This document shows positions 1 through 9,593 of a stretch of DNA of 64,000 nucleotides, piece by piece. Each line of letters starts with the position of its first letter. The first letter of the stretch is position 1. A program made the position numbers and the translations under genes. The stretch lies in NCBI GenBank assembly GCA_036002405.1, contig DASYTK010000013.1, forward strand, positions 3,459-67,458, read 5' to 3'. The DNA is from Candidatus Limnocylindrales bacterium (lineage in GTDB: Bacteria > Chloroflexota > Limnocylindria > Limnocylindrales > CSP1-4). Under the pieces are notes generated by a model that made no database searches, was not told where the DNA came from, and was given only the letters and a program-made list of their open reading frames with translations.

Positions 1-144
1 GACGCACCGATCTGCGTCGTTTACGACCTGGAGGACGATCGGATCAAGCGGGCTCGGGTCTATCTCCAGACGTACGTCGTGCTCCAGCAGCTCGGCGCCA
101 TCCCGGCTGCTGCCGGGCGATCAGCCAGCGCTTCGAACGCCTGA
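1..144 (+). CDS. 3' end (C-terminal fragment) of a gene running off the window start; SnoaL/NTF2-like protein
   Basis: Frame 1 reads ...VVYDLEDDRIKRARVYLQTYVVLQQLGAIPAA and stops at TGA 142-144. This C-terminal strand pattern is typical of SnoaL-like ester-cyclase-fold proteins and is paralogous to the neighbouring minus-strand gene. Confidence 0.35.
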   Translation, partial: DAPICVVYDLEDDRIKRARVYLQTYVVLQQLGAIPAAAGRSASASNA

Positions 145-195
145 CCGCGCCAGAGGGATCCCTGGGAAGTCCGTCAGAAGGACGAACCGCGGCGC

Positions 196-609
196 TCAGT
201 CGATCCGCTCGACCCACTGGCGGCGCCACTCCGGCGCTTCGAACGGGTTCGCGAAGTACTCGGTGGCCTTCGTGAGTTTGCCGTCCTTGACCTCGTAGAT
301 CCCCACGTAGCTCACCGGCGTTCCGTCGCCGTAGTCGATCGTCCCCTCGACGACCCAGTGATCGCCCGCGCCGCTGATCCCACGGAGCGCCATCTTCGGG
401 CTCGTGCCCGTCGACTGCTCGTAGTTCTCGTTGATCGCGATCACATTCGCTTTCCCGCGGATCCGCTCTCCCGACTGCGGCCATTCCTGGACGAAGTCAT
501 CGGTGAGCAGCTCACGCTGAACCCTCGCGAGCTCCTGCATGTCTCCGCTCTCGACTGCCTGGCGGAACCGCTCCACGACCTGGCGGTTCCGATCGACTTC
601 AACGGCCAT
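196..609 (-). CDS. SnoaL-like / NTF2-fold protein (ester cyclase or ketosteroid-isomerase-like)
   Basis: 137 aa ORF with MAVEVDRNRQVVERFRQAVESGD...GIYEVKDGKLTKATEYFANPFE, the characteristic SnoaL_2 N-terminal helix and C-terminal beta sheet. Confidence 0.7.
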   Translation of the reverse strand: MAVEVDRNRQVVERFRQAVESGDMQELARVQRELLTDDFVQEWPQSGERIRGKANVIAINENYEQSTGTSPKMALRGISGAGDHWVVEGTIDYGDGTPVSYVGIYEVKDGKLTKATEYFANPFEAPEWRRQWVERID

Positions 610-731
610 CCGTCGTCCTCCTTCTTCTCGATGCGCTCACGATCCCTCCGGACCGATCGTACGCCCGGCGTCCAGCCGAGACGAGCCAGGTCACGCCGGA
701 ACGCCGCGCCCCGGCGAAAGGCGCGCTACGG

Positions 732-1100
732 CTAGGCGGCCGCCTCCTCGAAGACGACCTCGATGAGCGGACTGCGGCGGATCAGCGGTTCGGGGTCCGG
801 GATGCGCCACGCCTGGGCGACACGCGTCAGGACCGCGCGACGCTCCGCGTCGTCTGTGATCGGCCGGGCGGTCGCCGGGAGATCGGCCCTGACGGCCCCG
901 CGAAGGTGGAGCGTGATCCGCGGGTCGGCCACGAGGTTTGCGTACCAGTCCCGGCGTCCGGGTCGCCCACTGATGTAGATCCGGCCATCGAAGTTGTGGA
1001 ACGCGACCGGGATCCGGTGCTCTCGGCCGCTGCGCCGGCCGGTGGTGGTGATCTCGACCATGTGGCCGCGCGAGAGCGCGCGACGGGTGGGCTCGTCCAT
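732..1100 (-). CDS. deazaflavin(F420)-dependent nitroreductase-family protein (DUF385 / PPOX-class)
   Basis: 122 aa with MVEITTTGRRSGREHRIPVAFHNFDGRIYISGRPGRRDWYANL, the signature of F420H2-dependent reductases. The longer overlapping ORF at 691-1539 is a frame artefact. Confidence 0.7.
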   Translation of the reverse strand: MDEPTRRALSRGHMVEITTTGRRSGREHRIPVAFHNFDGRIYISGRPGRRDWYANLVADPRITLHLRGAVRADLPATARPITDDAERRAVLTRVAQAWRIPDPEPLIRRSPLIEVVFEEAAA

Positions 1101-1269
1101 GACTTCCCTCGTCCAGGGCCGGATCGTTCGGCCAGCCAGGCGAGTCTAGTCGGCCTTCGCCGGAAGGGGCCCAGGCGGCTCGAAGCCGTCTGTCCCGGCC
1201 GAATCGGCCGCCAGCGTGCGGCTGATCCGTCGTCATCGCGGGGCAACGGCCGCCTGAGAGAATCGGGCC

Positions 1270-1593
1270 ATGCGTCCGGACATCGAGCCCGCCGTGCGCA
1301 TCGCCTGGGCGGGCGCCGGCTACACGCAGATCAAGGTCGTGGCACCGCGGCGAACCCGGGGCGATCTCGACGCCTTTGCGAGTGGCATCGCCGACGAGGC
1401 GCTCGTCAACCGCGACTACGCCTCGCTCCGGGCAGCCCTCCGGCGCCGGTTCGGCGGGACCTTCGACATCGACGCCAGGCAGCCGGGCAGTGAGCTCGGC
1501 GGCGGTCCGGCCGAGCCGCTCGTCCTCGTGACGCTCCATCCTCCGAAGGCGGAGCCGAACCCCGATCCGCCGTCGTTCGACGAATTCGCCTGA
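1270..1593 (+). CDS. hypothetical protein (107 aa), probably co-transcribed with the downstream phosphatase
   Basis: Clean ORF whose stop lies 24 nt before the start of the phosphatase gene. No recognisable domain. Confidence 0.4.
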   Translation: MRPDIEPAVRIAWAGAGYTQIKVVAPRRTRGDLDAFASGIADEALVNRDYASLRAALRRRFGGTFDIDARQPGSELGGGPAEPLVLVTLHPPKAEPNPDPPSFDEFA

Positions 1594-1616
1594 GCGACCC
1601 CGTAGACTCGGGGGCG

Positions 1617-2387
1617 ATGACCCTCGATCCTGCCACGCTCGCCACGCCGAGTGAGCGGCATCTCCCGATCCTCGGCACGAGGAACCTGCGCGACGTGGGT
1701 GGCTACCCGGCCGGCCTCGGGCGCCGTACGCGTTGGGGGACCCTCTTTCGGGGCGATTGCCTCGACCAGCTGCCGTCAGCTTCGCAGCGCGATCTCATCG
1801 AGCGCGGGCTGCGCACCGTGATCGACCTCCGCAGCACGAACGAGGCGAGCCACCATCCGAACGTCTTCCAGGCTTCTTCCGACGTCCGATATCTGAACCT
1901 GCCGATCTTCGAGGAGGATCCGTCGACACGCGCCGAATCGATGGCTCACATCTACCGGCTCTTCCTGGAGGAACGCCCAGACGCGATCGCGCCGGTGGTT
2001 CGGGCGCTCGTGGCGCCCGGCGCTCTGCCGGCCATCGTCCACTGCGCGGCGGGCAAAGATCGGACCGGGATCGTCATTGGGCTCGTCCTGGGCTCGGTTG
2101 GCGTCCCGCCCGAGACGATCGCCGAGGACTACGGCCTGACGAGCCAGTGCTTCACGTTCCGGTGGGTGAAGCCCGAAGACGCGGGGGCCGGCGTGGTGGC
2201 GGTTCTCGACGACGAGGCGCCACTCGTTGACTGCCCGCCCGAGGTCATGCTCGAGACGCTCGATTACCTGCGCCAGCGCTACGGCGGGCCGCGCGGTTAC
2301 CTGCTCGGCGCCGGGGTCACGGCCGAGGAGCTCGCCCGGTTGACCGATCTGCTCACGGAGCCCGACCGACCCGACCGATCCAGCTGA
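1617..2387 (+). CDS. protein-tyrosine/dual-specificity phosphatase (CX5R family)
   Basis: Active-site P-loop HCAAGKDRTG (CX5R) together with the upstream RNLRDVGG motif that is typical of bacterial tyrosine phosphatases. Confidence 0.75.
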   Translation: MTLDPATLATPSERHLPILGTRNLRDVGGYPAGLGRRTRWGTLFRGDCLDQLPSASQRDLIERGLRTVIDLRSTNEASHHPNVFQASSDVRYLNLPIFEEDPSTRAESMAHIYRLFLEERPDAIAPVVRALVAPGALPAIVHCAAGKDRTGIVIGLVLGSVGVPPETIAEDYGLTSQCFTFRWVKPEDAGAGVVAVLDDEAPLVDCPPEVMLETLDYLRQRYGGPRGYLLGAGVTAEELARLTDLLTEPDRPDRSS

Positions 2388-2439
2388 ACCCGTCCCCGAG
2401 CCTGCGGCCCGAGTTCGCCTTGCATCCGCTTGCGTCAGA

Positions 2440-2576
2440 CGCACGTAACCGACAGGAGCTGCCGCCTGCCCGTCGAAACCGTGCACGAGGCGCAAGCAAT
2501 CGACGTGAACTGTCGGTTTTGTGCGGGAGGCGCACGGAACTGACAAATCAATCGATGCGCCTGTCCGTTACGTGCG
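2440..2576. promoter_or_regulatory. cluster of AAC(C/T/G)GACA boxes in alternating orientation plus a 17-bp long-range inverted repeat in the 300-bp intergenic region upstream of the lipoprotein gene
   Basis: cgcacgtaaccgacagg (2440-2456) and cctgtccgttacgtgcg (2560-2576) are reverse complements apart from 1 mismatch. Internal boxes are gtgaactgtcggtt and ggaactgacaaa. Confidence 0.4.
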
Positions 2577-2688
2577 TCCAGCGCAAAGCCGGGCGCCCCG
2601 GGGGAACCCATCCGGCCCGGTGCCGAGGTGCACCACGAGACCCGATCTACGCTCCCTACCCGGGATGCTGCGGCCGTAGAGTGCAGAG

Positions 2689-3123
2689 GTGCCCCGCTTC
2701 CTCGTCCGGTGCCCCCGGGGAAGCCGCTCGGGGGTCGTCGCCGCGCTCCTCGCCGCGGCGATCCTCGCCATGGGTTGCAGCGATCTCGAGGAGCTCCTCC
2801 GGCCCGCCCGTCCCGTGGCGATCCTCAACGCGAGCTTCACCGAGGCGCGCGTCCTGTGGGCGGCGACAGATCGGCAGGGCTTCGGGAGCGCGGGCGCGCA
2901 GATCGTCCCGGCCTGCGGGCGGCTGGACATCCCGCTCCAGCCGGGCGACTACGAATTCACGGTGCGATCGAAGGGCGGGCCGATCAACTTCCTCTTCCCG
3001 GTGCCGGACGATCCCGCGCAGCCGGTCTCGACGATCGCGGTGCGCCACGATGGATGGGTCCTCGTGACCGTCGCCGACTTCCTCCTCCCCAGGAGCTGCG
3101 GCCAGCCCGGGTCTGCCGCCTGA
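2689..3123 (+). CDS. putative lipoprotein, unknown function
   Basis: N-terminal signal peptide with lipobox AAAILAMGCS. 144 aa with no known domain. Confidence 0.5.
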   Translation: MPRFLVRCPRGSRSGVVAALLAAAILAMGCSDLEELLRPARPVAILNASFTEARVLWAATDRQGFGSAGAQIVPACGRLDIPLQPGDYEFTVRSKGGPINFLFPVPDDPAQPVSTIAVRHDGWVLVTVADFLLPRSCGQPGSAA

Positions 3124-3334
3124 CCTCGCCCGCGGCCGGTCTCAGGGCCGGCCGGCACGAGCTGAAATACGCGCGATAGGCGGCAGCGATCCGAGCACTC
3201 GTCCTCCGTCAGGCCCGGTCGGGGAATATCCGAATCCGGACCCGGGCGGACCTCCACCGCGAGGTCGGGGGGACCGCCCGGCGTCCTCCATCCCACGAGG
3301 CGCGAAGCCTGGGCCATCGCGTACCGTTTGATAC

Positions 3335-4918
3335 GTGGCGGAGATCGCGCTCGTCCTCGTCCTCCTCTCCGCCGTCGCGCTCTTCGCGACGGTCGCCCGA
3401 AGGGCCGGCATCCCCTACCCGATCCTCATGGTCCTGGGCGGGGTGCTGCTGGGGATCGTCGCCAACGCACTGAGGCTTCCAAGCCCGCGAGTCGACCCCG
3501 AGTTCGTCTTCCTCCTGTTCCTGCCGCCGGTCCTCTTCGCCGCGGCCTACTTCACCTCAATCCGCGATTTTCGGGCCAACCTCCGCCCGATCGCCCTGCT
3601 CGCTGTGGGGCTCGTCGTCGTCACGACGATCTCCGTCGCGGTCGTCGCCCACCTCGTCGTGCCCGAGCTGGGCTGGGCGGGCGCCTTCGTCCTGGGCGCG
3701 ATCGTCTCGCCGCCCGACGCGGTCGCCACGACCGCAATCATGCGCCGCCTCCACGTGCCCCGGCGCCTCGTGACGATCCTCGAGGGGGAAAGCCTCGTCA
3801 ACGACGCGACGGCACTCGTCCTCTACCGGCTCGCGGTGGGAGCCGTCGCGAGCGGGACGTTCTCGCTCCTCGAGGCCGGACGCGACTTCGTCCTCGTGGG
3901 CATCGGCGGCATCCTCGTGGGCGCGGTCATCATCGCGATCGCCGTGTTCGTCCTGGAGCGGCTCGAGGACCCTCCTGTCGAGATCACGATCTCCTTTCTC
4001 ATTCCGGTGACCGCTTACCTCGCGGCCGAGCTCCTCCATGTCTCGGGCGTTCTCGCGACCGTCACCGCTGGTCTCGTCATGGGCCAGCGGGCCTCGAGGA
4101 TCATGAGCTCCGACACGCGGGTCCTGGGCTTCGCGACCTGGTCGATGGCGATCTTCGTCATCAATGGCCTCGTCTTCACGCTGCTCGGGCTCCAGCTCCC
4201 GGGTGTTCTCGACGCGCTTTCGGGTCGGCCGGTCGGCGAGATCGCCCTGGCGGCGGTCGCCGTGAGCCTGACCGTGATCGCGATCCGGATCGCCTGGGTC
4301 TATCCGGCGACCTACATCCCGCGCTGGCTCAGCGCCGCACTCCAAGCCCGCGATCCGGCACCTCCACCTCGCGTCCCGTTCGTCATCGGCTGGGCGGGGT
4401 TGCGCGGGATCGTCTCGCTCGCAGCGGCGCTCGCGCTGCCATTCGGGATCGAGGGAGGACGGCCATTCCCAGAGCGCGAATTGATCATCTTCCTGACCTT
4501 CGCCGTCATCCTCGCCACCCTCGTGGGTCAGGGCCTGACGCTGCCTTTCGTCGTCCGGGCGCTGCGGATCTCGAGCGACCCGACCGGCGGCCGGGAGGAG
4601 CGGACGGCTCGTGTGGCCGCTGCCGAGGCGGCCTCCCGCCGGATCGATGAGCTCGCCGCCGAGTGGCCAGGCCATCTCCCCCTGATCGACAACCTGCGCT
4701 CGATGTACGAGCACCGGCTGGAGCACCTGCCCGGGGACGGCGAGGTCGAAGAGGCGCTCGACCAGGAGCTCGTGGAGCACAAGCGCATCCGACGAGCCGT
4801 CATCGAGGCGCAGCGGGACGCGATCATCGGGCTGCGCGATGACGGCACGATCAGCGACGAGGTCCTCCGCCGGGTCGAGCGTGACCTCGACCTGGAAGAG
4901 CTCCGCATGGAGGCGTGA
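3335..4918 (+). CDS. Na+/H+ (cation:proton) antiporter, CPA1 / NhaP-type, with cytoplasmic C-terminal regulatory tail
   Basis: 527 aa with about 11 predicted TM segments and conserved CPA1 blocks (AYFTSIRDF..., IVSPPDAV, ESLVNDATAL, GWAGLRGIVSLAAAL). Confidence 0.85.
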   Translation: MAEIALVLVLLSAVALFATVARRAGIPYPILMVLGGVLLGIVANALRLPSPRVDPEFVFLLFLPPVLFAAAYFTSIRDFRANLRPIALLAVGLVVVTTISVAVVAHLVVPELGWAGAFVLGAIVSPPDAVATTAIMRRLHVPRRLVTILEGESLVNDATALVLYRLAVGAVASGTFSLLEAGRDFVLVGIGGILVGAVIIAIAVFVLERLEDPPVEITISFLIPVTAYLAAELLHVSGVLATVTAGLVMGQRASRIMSSDTRVLGFATWSMAIFVINGLVFTLLGLQLPGVLDALSGRPVGEIALAAVAVSLTVIAIRIAWVYPATYIPRWLSAALQARDPAPPPRVPFVIGWAGLRGIVSLAAALALPFGIEGGRPFPERELIIFLTFAVILATLVGQGLTLPFVVRALRISSDPTGGREERTARVAAAEAASRRIDELAAEWPGHLPLIDNLRSMYEHRLEHLPGDGEVEEALDQELVEHKRIRRAVIEAQRDAIIGLRDDGTISDEVLRRVERDLDLEELRMEA

Positions 4919-4987
4919 ACGGCCGTCGCCCTATCATCGGTCGAGAGGCCGGGCCCAGGCGCGGCCCAATCACGGGGAGGTCACCGA

Positions 4988-5227
4988 ATGACCGACCAGC
5001 CCGTTCCCGACCGCGACCAGCCTGCCCTCGATCCGAACGAGGCCTGGGGCCAGGACGTCGATGCCAGCCATCCCGACCCGACAGGGCAGGTCGACCGCGG
5101 TGGCGAAGGGGAACACGAGACCACGAGCGACGACGTGAGCGAGGAGGCCGAACGGATCGTCGAGGGCGCAGAACGGGCCGCCCAGCGTGCCGCCGAGCAA
5201 CGGGACGACAGCCGGGAGGGCTCCTAG
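4988..5227 (+). CDS. small acidic hypothetical protein (79 aa)
   Basis: A GGGAGG Shine-Dalgarno sits 7 nt before the ATG. Highly acidic and apparently disordered sequence. Confidence 0.4.
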   Translation: MTDQPVPDRDQPALDPNEAWGQDVDASHPDPTGQVDRGGEGEHETTSDDVSEEAERIVEGAERAAQRAAEQRDDSREGS

Positions 5228-6213
5228 TCGCCCCTCGCCTTCACGCGCCGGACTTCCGAGAGGCGGTACGACAGCAGGGCGAGGACGATCCCGAGATACG
5301 GGACGACGATGGCCTGGGCCGCAGTCGCGAGGAGGGCTGAGATCAGGGTGCTCCCCGGCGCGGGCCTCATGGGATCGCCGCCGACGGCCGTGAGCACGAC
5401 GCCGGGGATGGAAGCCAGGACGACCACGCCCAGGATCGCGAAGCCGACGCTCACGGCGACGTCCGTGGTGACGCCGCGCGTGAGCGCCCTGCTCACCGCG
5501 GCGGCGGCTCGCGGCCCGATCGGCCGTTGGACGACGAGGGCGGGTGCCAGCGACCAGCGACCCAGGGCGACGATCGCGAGGATGAAGACGGCGATGGTGC
5601 CGACCAGCCCGAGGATGCCGAACGCGACGATCCGGCCGAGGTCGAAAGGTGACCGCATGACGAAGAGCCCGCCGAGCGCGAGAAGGGTCGGAACGCGGAC
5701 CAGCAGCCCGACGCTGGCACTGAGCGCGAACAGGGAAAACCAGCGGCCAGCGAGGCGTGCGAGGACGGCGTCAGCGTGGAGGATCGGACCCGGGCGGGCT
5801 GGCAGGACGGCCGCGGAGACGCCGATCGTGAGCATCAGTCCGGTCCACTGGATGACTCCCAGGACGGCGATCGGCAGCAGCAGGCCCGAGAGCTGGCCGA
5901 CGATCGCATCGAAGAGACCGGATACCGCCTCGAAGTCCTCCAGGCTCGTGCCGGGCTCGCCTCTCAGCCGCTCGACACGCTGAATCCACTCCTCCGCGAT
6001 CGCGCCGAACTCGACGGCAGCCTGGTCGAGTCGGACCCACAGCGGAACCGTGGCCACGAATGCCCCGACGAGGGGGACCGCGGCCAGGAGCCTGACCCGC
6101 AGCGGAAGCTCGCGGTAGAACGCCCAGGCCAGCCGCCAGATCGTGACCGGGTCGGTGAGCCGGCGGGAGAGCGGCGGAGGGGCGGGCAGGGGGACGGACC
6201 AGTAGGTCATCTG
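5224..6213 (-). CDS. integral membrane protein, unknown function
   Basis: Multiple hydrophobic TM segments. Start chosen at the ATG of MTYWSVPLP (6213) rather than the Arg-rich extension of the 5224-6348 ORF. Confidence 0.5.
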   Translation of the reverse strand, partial: QMTYWSVPLPAPPPLSRRLTDPVTIWRLAWAFYRELPLRVRLLAAVPLVGAFVATVPLWVRLDQAAVEFGAIAEEWIQRVERLRGEPGTSLEDFEAVSGLFDAIVGQLSGLLLPIAVLGVIQWTGLMLTIGVSAAVLPARPGPILHADAVLARLAGRWFSLFALSASVGLLVRVPTLLALGGLFVMRSPFDLGRIVAFGILGLVGTIAVFILAIVALGRWSLAPALVVQRPIGPRAAAAVSRALTRGVTTDVAVSVGFAILGVVVLASIPGVVLTAVGGDPMRPAPGSTLISALLATAAQAIVVPYLGIVLALLSYRLSEVRRVKARGD

Positions 6214-6250
6214 ACCGCCCGAACGCTGGGGGGCGCCACGCCGGAGCCGG

Positions 6251-6526
6251 CTACATCTGCCGCTCTCGGAATCCCTCCCGGTCCGGGTCGGGCCGGTCCG
6301 TCGATTGCGGTCCCATGCCTGCGCCGGACGATTTCCCCAGGGGCGCATTCTCGCCGGCGGGGTCGCGGCGCCAGGTGGGATTCATCTCCTCCACGACCTG
6401 CTCGGGCTCGATGCCTTCGTCCTCGGCAGTGTCTCCGCTTTCGTCGGGAGGCTTCGCTTCCTTCGCTTCCTTCGCTGCCTTCGCTTCTTTCTCGGCTTTC
6501 CGGTCGCGGTCGAAATCCTTGAGCAT
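6251..6526 (-). CDS. small hypothetical protein with a KEAKAAKEAKEAK repeat
   Basis: A GGGAGG SD lies 6 nt upstream of ATG(MLKDF...). The 91-aa ORF contains an imperfect 9-bp GCTTCCTTC repeat (6458-6490) encoding EAK repeats. Confidence 0.4.
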   Translation of the reverse strand: MLKDFDRDRKAEKEAKAAKEAKEAKPPDESGDTAEDEGIEPEQVVEEMNPTWRRDPAGENAPLGKSSGAGMGPQSTDRPDPDREGFRERQM

Positions 6527-6589
6527 CGCTGACCTCCCTCGCGTGCGCCGACGCGGCAAGTCTAGGACTGCCGCGCACGTCGACCGTCG

Positions 6590-8290
6590 TCAGGCGGCGG
6601 GCTGGCTGAAGGGGCGGGCGGTGCGGCGCCGATCGGCGAGCCGGTCGACGGCAGCGGGTCGGCCGAGAAGGAACCCCTGACCCAGACCAACGCTGAGCCC
6701 GCGCAGCATCGAGCGCTCCTCCTCACGCTCGATGCCCTCGGCGATGAGGACACAGCCGGTCTTGCCCGCGAAGTAATGCAGGCCAGCGATCAGGGCCTGA
6801 CGTCGCTCGTCCGTCTCGAGGGCCCGGACGAGCCCGTTGTCGAGTTTCACGAACTCCGGCTCCAGCTCGATGATGTGGCGGAAGCTGGCGAAGCCGGCGC
6901 CGGCGTCGTCGATCGCGAGGCGGAATTGCGGCCGAAGCGTCTCGAGAGCGCCCTTGAGTGGCTCGTAATCGGGGACGGCGATGTGCTCGGTCAGCTCGAG
7001 GACGACCGGCCGGTCGGCCGCCCCCGCAGTGACGTCCCTGACGAGCCGCGGCTCGAGCAGCGCTCGCGGCGAGACGTTCAGGCTCAGCCATGAGTCCTCT
7101 GGCAATCCGGGCGAAGCCCCGATCGCGGCGCCCAGGCAGACGCGCTCGAGGTCGATCAGAAGCCCGACTTCCTCGGCCTCGGCGAACCTCAGGTCGGGGC
7201 GCGTGCCGTCGGCGAAGCGGGTGAGCGCCTCGTAGCCGATCACCGTGCGGCGTTCCAGGTCGACGATCGGCTGGAAGACCGGACTGAACGCCTGCCGCTC
7301 GATGACCGCGCGCAGGTTCGCCTGGAGCTCGTCGTGACGCTGGCGGTCCTCGATGAGCGGCGCAAGGACCGCGGCGGCCACGGCAGCCCTGTCGACGACA
7401 CCGGGGAGAAGGCGGGCGACCCGGTCGACCTCGCCCTCCGGGCTCAGGCTCGCCCCGGCGAGGACGCCCACGACGCGCCCGGCGTGGCGAAGCGGCGCAT
7501 AGACACCGGGGCCGAACCCGAGCGCGCCGAGTTGGGCGGCGTAGTCGCCGTCCGCGGCACGGACGATCGACTCCTCGACCCAGGGACCCAGGGAGGCGCG
7601 CTCGAGGAGGTAGGCCGCCCTCGTGTCGGGAAGGGCATGGCTGACGGCCAGGGGCGCGCCGGGGGGCGCCTTGACCGCCAGCGGCACCGCCGCGCCGCTC
7701 GGCGTGAAGAGCACGAGGGACGCCGCATCGAGCCCCGGCAGGCCCACGAGCTCCTCGCAGATCGCCTCGGCCGTCTCTTCCGCCGAGGCGCGCGTCTGGA
7801 CGCGCTCGAGCGCGCCCACAAGGTCCGTCCGGGCACGCTGCGATTGCCGCAGCTGCACGGTTCGAGAGGCGACCTCCTCGGCCAGCGCCCGATTCTGAGC
7901 CTGGAGCTGGCGATGGAGGAAGCGCGTCTGGAGCAGGTTCCGGACCCGGAGTAGGACCTCGGTGGGGTCGAACGGCTTCGTGAGTAGATCGTTCGCCCCG
8001 AGAGAGAGGGCGTGCCGCTTCGCCTCGGGCGTGACATCGGCGGTCAACACCAGGATCGGCCGGTAGTCGGTGGCCGGCGTACGGCGCCGGAGCTCGTCCA
8101 GGATCATGAAGCCGTCGACCTCGGGCATGTGGAGATCGAGGCAGACGAGGTCCGGCCCGTGCTCGCCGATCAGGGCGAGTGCCTGGCCAGGGTCGCTTGT
8201 CGAGACGATCCGCGTCAGGCCGGCCCGTTCGAGGATCCGCTGGAGGAGGACGACGTTCGCCTCCTGGTCGTCGACGATCGCGACGGACAT
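6590..8290 (-). CDS. response-regulator receiver - GAF-like - EAL domain protein (putative c-di-GMP phosphodiesterase)
   Basis: N-terminal REC domain (SVAIVDDQEANVVLL...DLHMPEVDGF...TADV). C-terminal EAL signatures YEALTRF, DDAGAGFASF and QGFLLGRP. Start taken at ATG MSVAIV (8290). Confidence 0.8.
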   Translation of the reverse strand: MSVAIVDDQEANVVLLQRILERAGLTRIVSTSDPGQALALIGEHGPDLVCLDLHMPEVDGFMILDELRRRTPATDYRPILVLTADVTPEAKRHALSLGANDLLTKPFDPTEVLLRVRNLLQTRFLHRQLQAQNRALAEEVASRTVQLRQSQRARTDLVGALERVQTRASAEETAEAICEELVGLPGLDAASLVLFTPSGAAVPLAVKAPPGAPLAVSHALPDTRAAYLLERASLGPWVEESIVRAADGDYAAQLGALGFGPGVYAPLRHAGRVVGVLAGASLSPEGEVDRVARLLPGVVDRAAVAAAVLAPLIEDRQRHDELQANLRAVIERQAFSPVFQPIVDLERRTVIGYEALTRFADGTRPDLRFAEAEEVGLLIDLERVCLGAAIGASPGLPEDSWLSLNVSPRALLEPRLVRDVTAGAADRPVVLELTEHIAVPDYEPLKGALETLRPQFRLAIDDAGAGFASFRHIIELEPEFVKLDNGLVRALETDERRQALIAGLHYFAGKTGCVLIAEGIEREEERSMLRGLSVGLGQGFLLGRPAAVDRLADRRRTARPFSQPAA

Positions 8291-8443
8291 CCCGCCCAGG
8301 AGCGGCGGCAGCAAGAGATCGTGGCCGTTCGTCGGGCCGGCGGCACCCTCGGGCATGTTCGGATTCAGCCGTGCCGGTGCGACCGGGCACAACACGTCGA
8401 AGGTACTAGCCGGTCAAGTGCGACCTGACCGTGCCTCGATCGG

Positions 8444-8505
8444 AACTTCGGCCTGCGCCTGTCTGGCGCTAGCCAACTTCGGCCTGCGCCTGTCTGGCGC
8501 TAGCC
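8444..8505. repeat. perfect 31-bp tandem duplication (2 copies) in the regulator/epimerase intergenic region
   Basis: aacttcggcctgcgcctgtctggcgctagcc occurs twice head-to-tail at 8444-8474 and 8475-8505. Confidence 0.9.
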
Positions 8506-8552
8506 TGCACACCGACGCCCCGCCGGGATCCGTGGGCGCAAGAAGGGATCCG

Positions 8553-9554
8553 ATGCTCGTCCTCGTCACCGGCGCGACCGGTTTCCTGGGCCGCTGGATC
8601 GTCCGCGCGCTCGCCGAGGCGGGCCACGAGGCGCGCGTCCTCGCACGCGACCGCGCCCGCGCCGAGCGCGCGCTCGGCGGCGGGGCCGACATCCAGGTCG
8701 GCGATCCGATGCGCCCGGACGATGTTCTGGCGGCGCTCGGGGGCTGCGACCGGCTCGTCCATGCCGCCGCGGTCTACTCCTACGAACGGCGCGACGCCGC
8801 CCGGATGGTGGAAGAGAACCCACGTCTCGCCCGGACGGTGCTCGCGGCGGCGCGCGAGGCGGATGTCGAGCGCGTCGTCGACGTCAGCTCGGCGGTCGTC
8901 TTCCGGCTGGGCGCGTCGCGGGTGGACGAATCGAGCCCGATCGCGGGCCCGGGTGACCGTGGTTGGGACGATCCCTACCTCCAGAGCAAGGCGCTCGCCG
9001 AGCGGGTCGGCCAGGACCTCGACGAGGCCGGGCTCCGCCGGGTGACGATCCATCCCACGTCCGTCCTTGGCCCGGAGGACTCCGGGCCCGGCACGTCCGG
9101 GGGTGTCGTGGTGTCGCTGCTGCGGGGCGGGAGCTCGGCCGATGGGCGGCTCGGCTGGGTCGACGTGCGCGACGTCGCGGCGGCGGCCGTGGCAGCCCTG
9201 GATGCGCCCACCGGCCGCCGCTACCTGGTCACGCCCGGCGTTCGAACGCTCGCCGACGTCGCAGACCGCCTCGACGCCCTGACGGGCCGACACCCGCGAC
9301 GGCTGTTCGTTCCGCCGCGGATCGTCCGGCTGCTCGCCCGGCTGAACGACCTGGCCGCTGGACGCCTGGCGCCGCTGCCCCCGGCGCCCGCCCTCGAGTA
9401 TGTCCTCGACTGCCCGCCCGTCATCGATGGGGCGCTCGCGGAGCGGGAGCTCGGGATTCGCTACCGCGACCTCGACGAGACGCTCGCCGACGCGATCCGC
9501 TGGTGGGCCGCGAACGGCGTGATCCCGGTCGAGCTGGCTGGCCGACTCGCCTGA
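8553..9554 (+). CDS. NAD(P)-dependent epimerase/dehydratase family (SDR) protein
   Basis: Rossmann motif MLVLVTGATGFLGRWIV and a YxxxK region (YLQSK). Start is the ATG at 8553 inside the longer 8070 ORF. Confidence 0.75.
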   Translation: MLVLVTGATGFLGRWIVRALAEAGHEARVLARDRARAERALGGGADIQVGDPMRPDDVLAALGGCDRLVHAAAVYSYERRDAARMVEENPRLARTVLAAAREADVERVVDVSSAVVFRLGASRVDESSPIAGPGDRGWDDPYLQSKALAERVGQDLDEAGLRRVTIHPTSVLGPEDSGPGTSGGVVVSLLRGGSSADGRLGWVDVRDVAAAAVAALDAPTGRRYLVTPGVRTLADVADRLDALTGRHPRRLFVPPRIVRLLARLNDLAAGRLAPLPPAPALEYVLDCPPVIDGALAERELGIRYRDLDETLADAIRWWAANGVIPVELAGRLA

Positions 9555-9593
9555 TCGAGTTTGCTAGGGCCCGGTCGACGGCGCCCGACCGGC

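Noticed and set aside
691-1539. 282-aa ORF overlapping the DUF385 nitroreductase-family gene
   Set aside because: It is in a different frame with Arg/Gly/Pro-rich composition. The 122-aa in-frame gene has the F420-reductase signature.
3557-4780. 407-aa ORF antisense to the NhaP antiporter gene
   Set aside because: Arg/Asp/Glu/Gly-rich low-complexity translation with no motifs. A typical antisense open frame in about 70% GC DNA; the sense strand encodes an unambiguous CPA1 transporter.
8444-8505. CRISPR array
   Set aside because: Only two directly abutting copies with no spacers. The other direct repeats in the window (45909-45972, 44258-44311) are likewise two-copy with no spacer periodicity.
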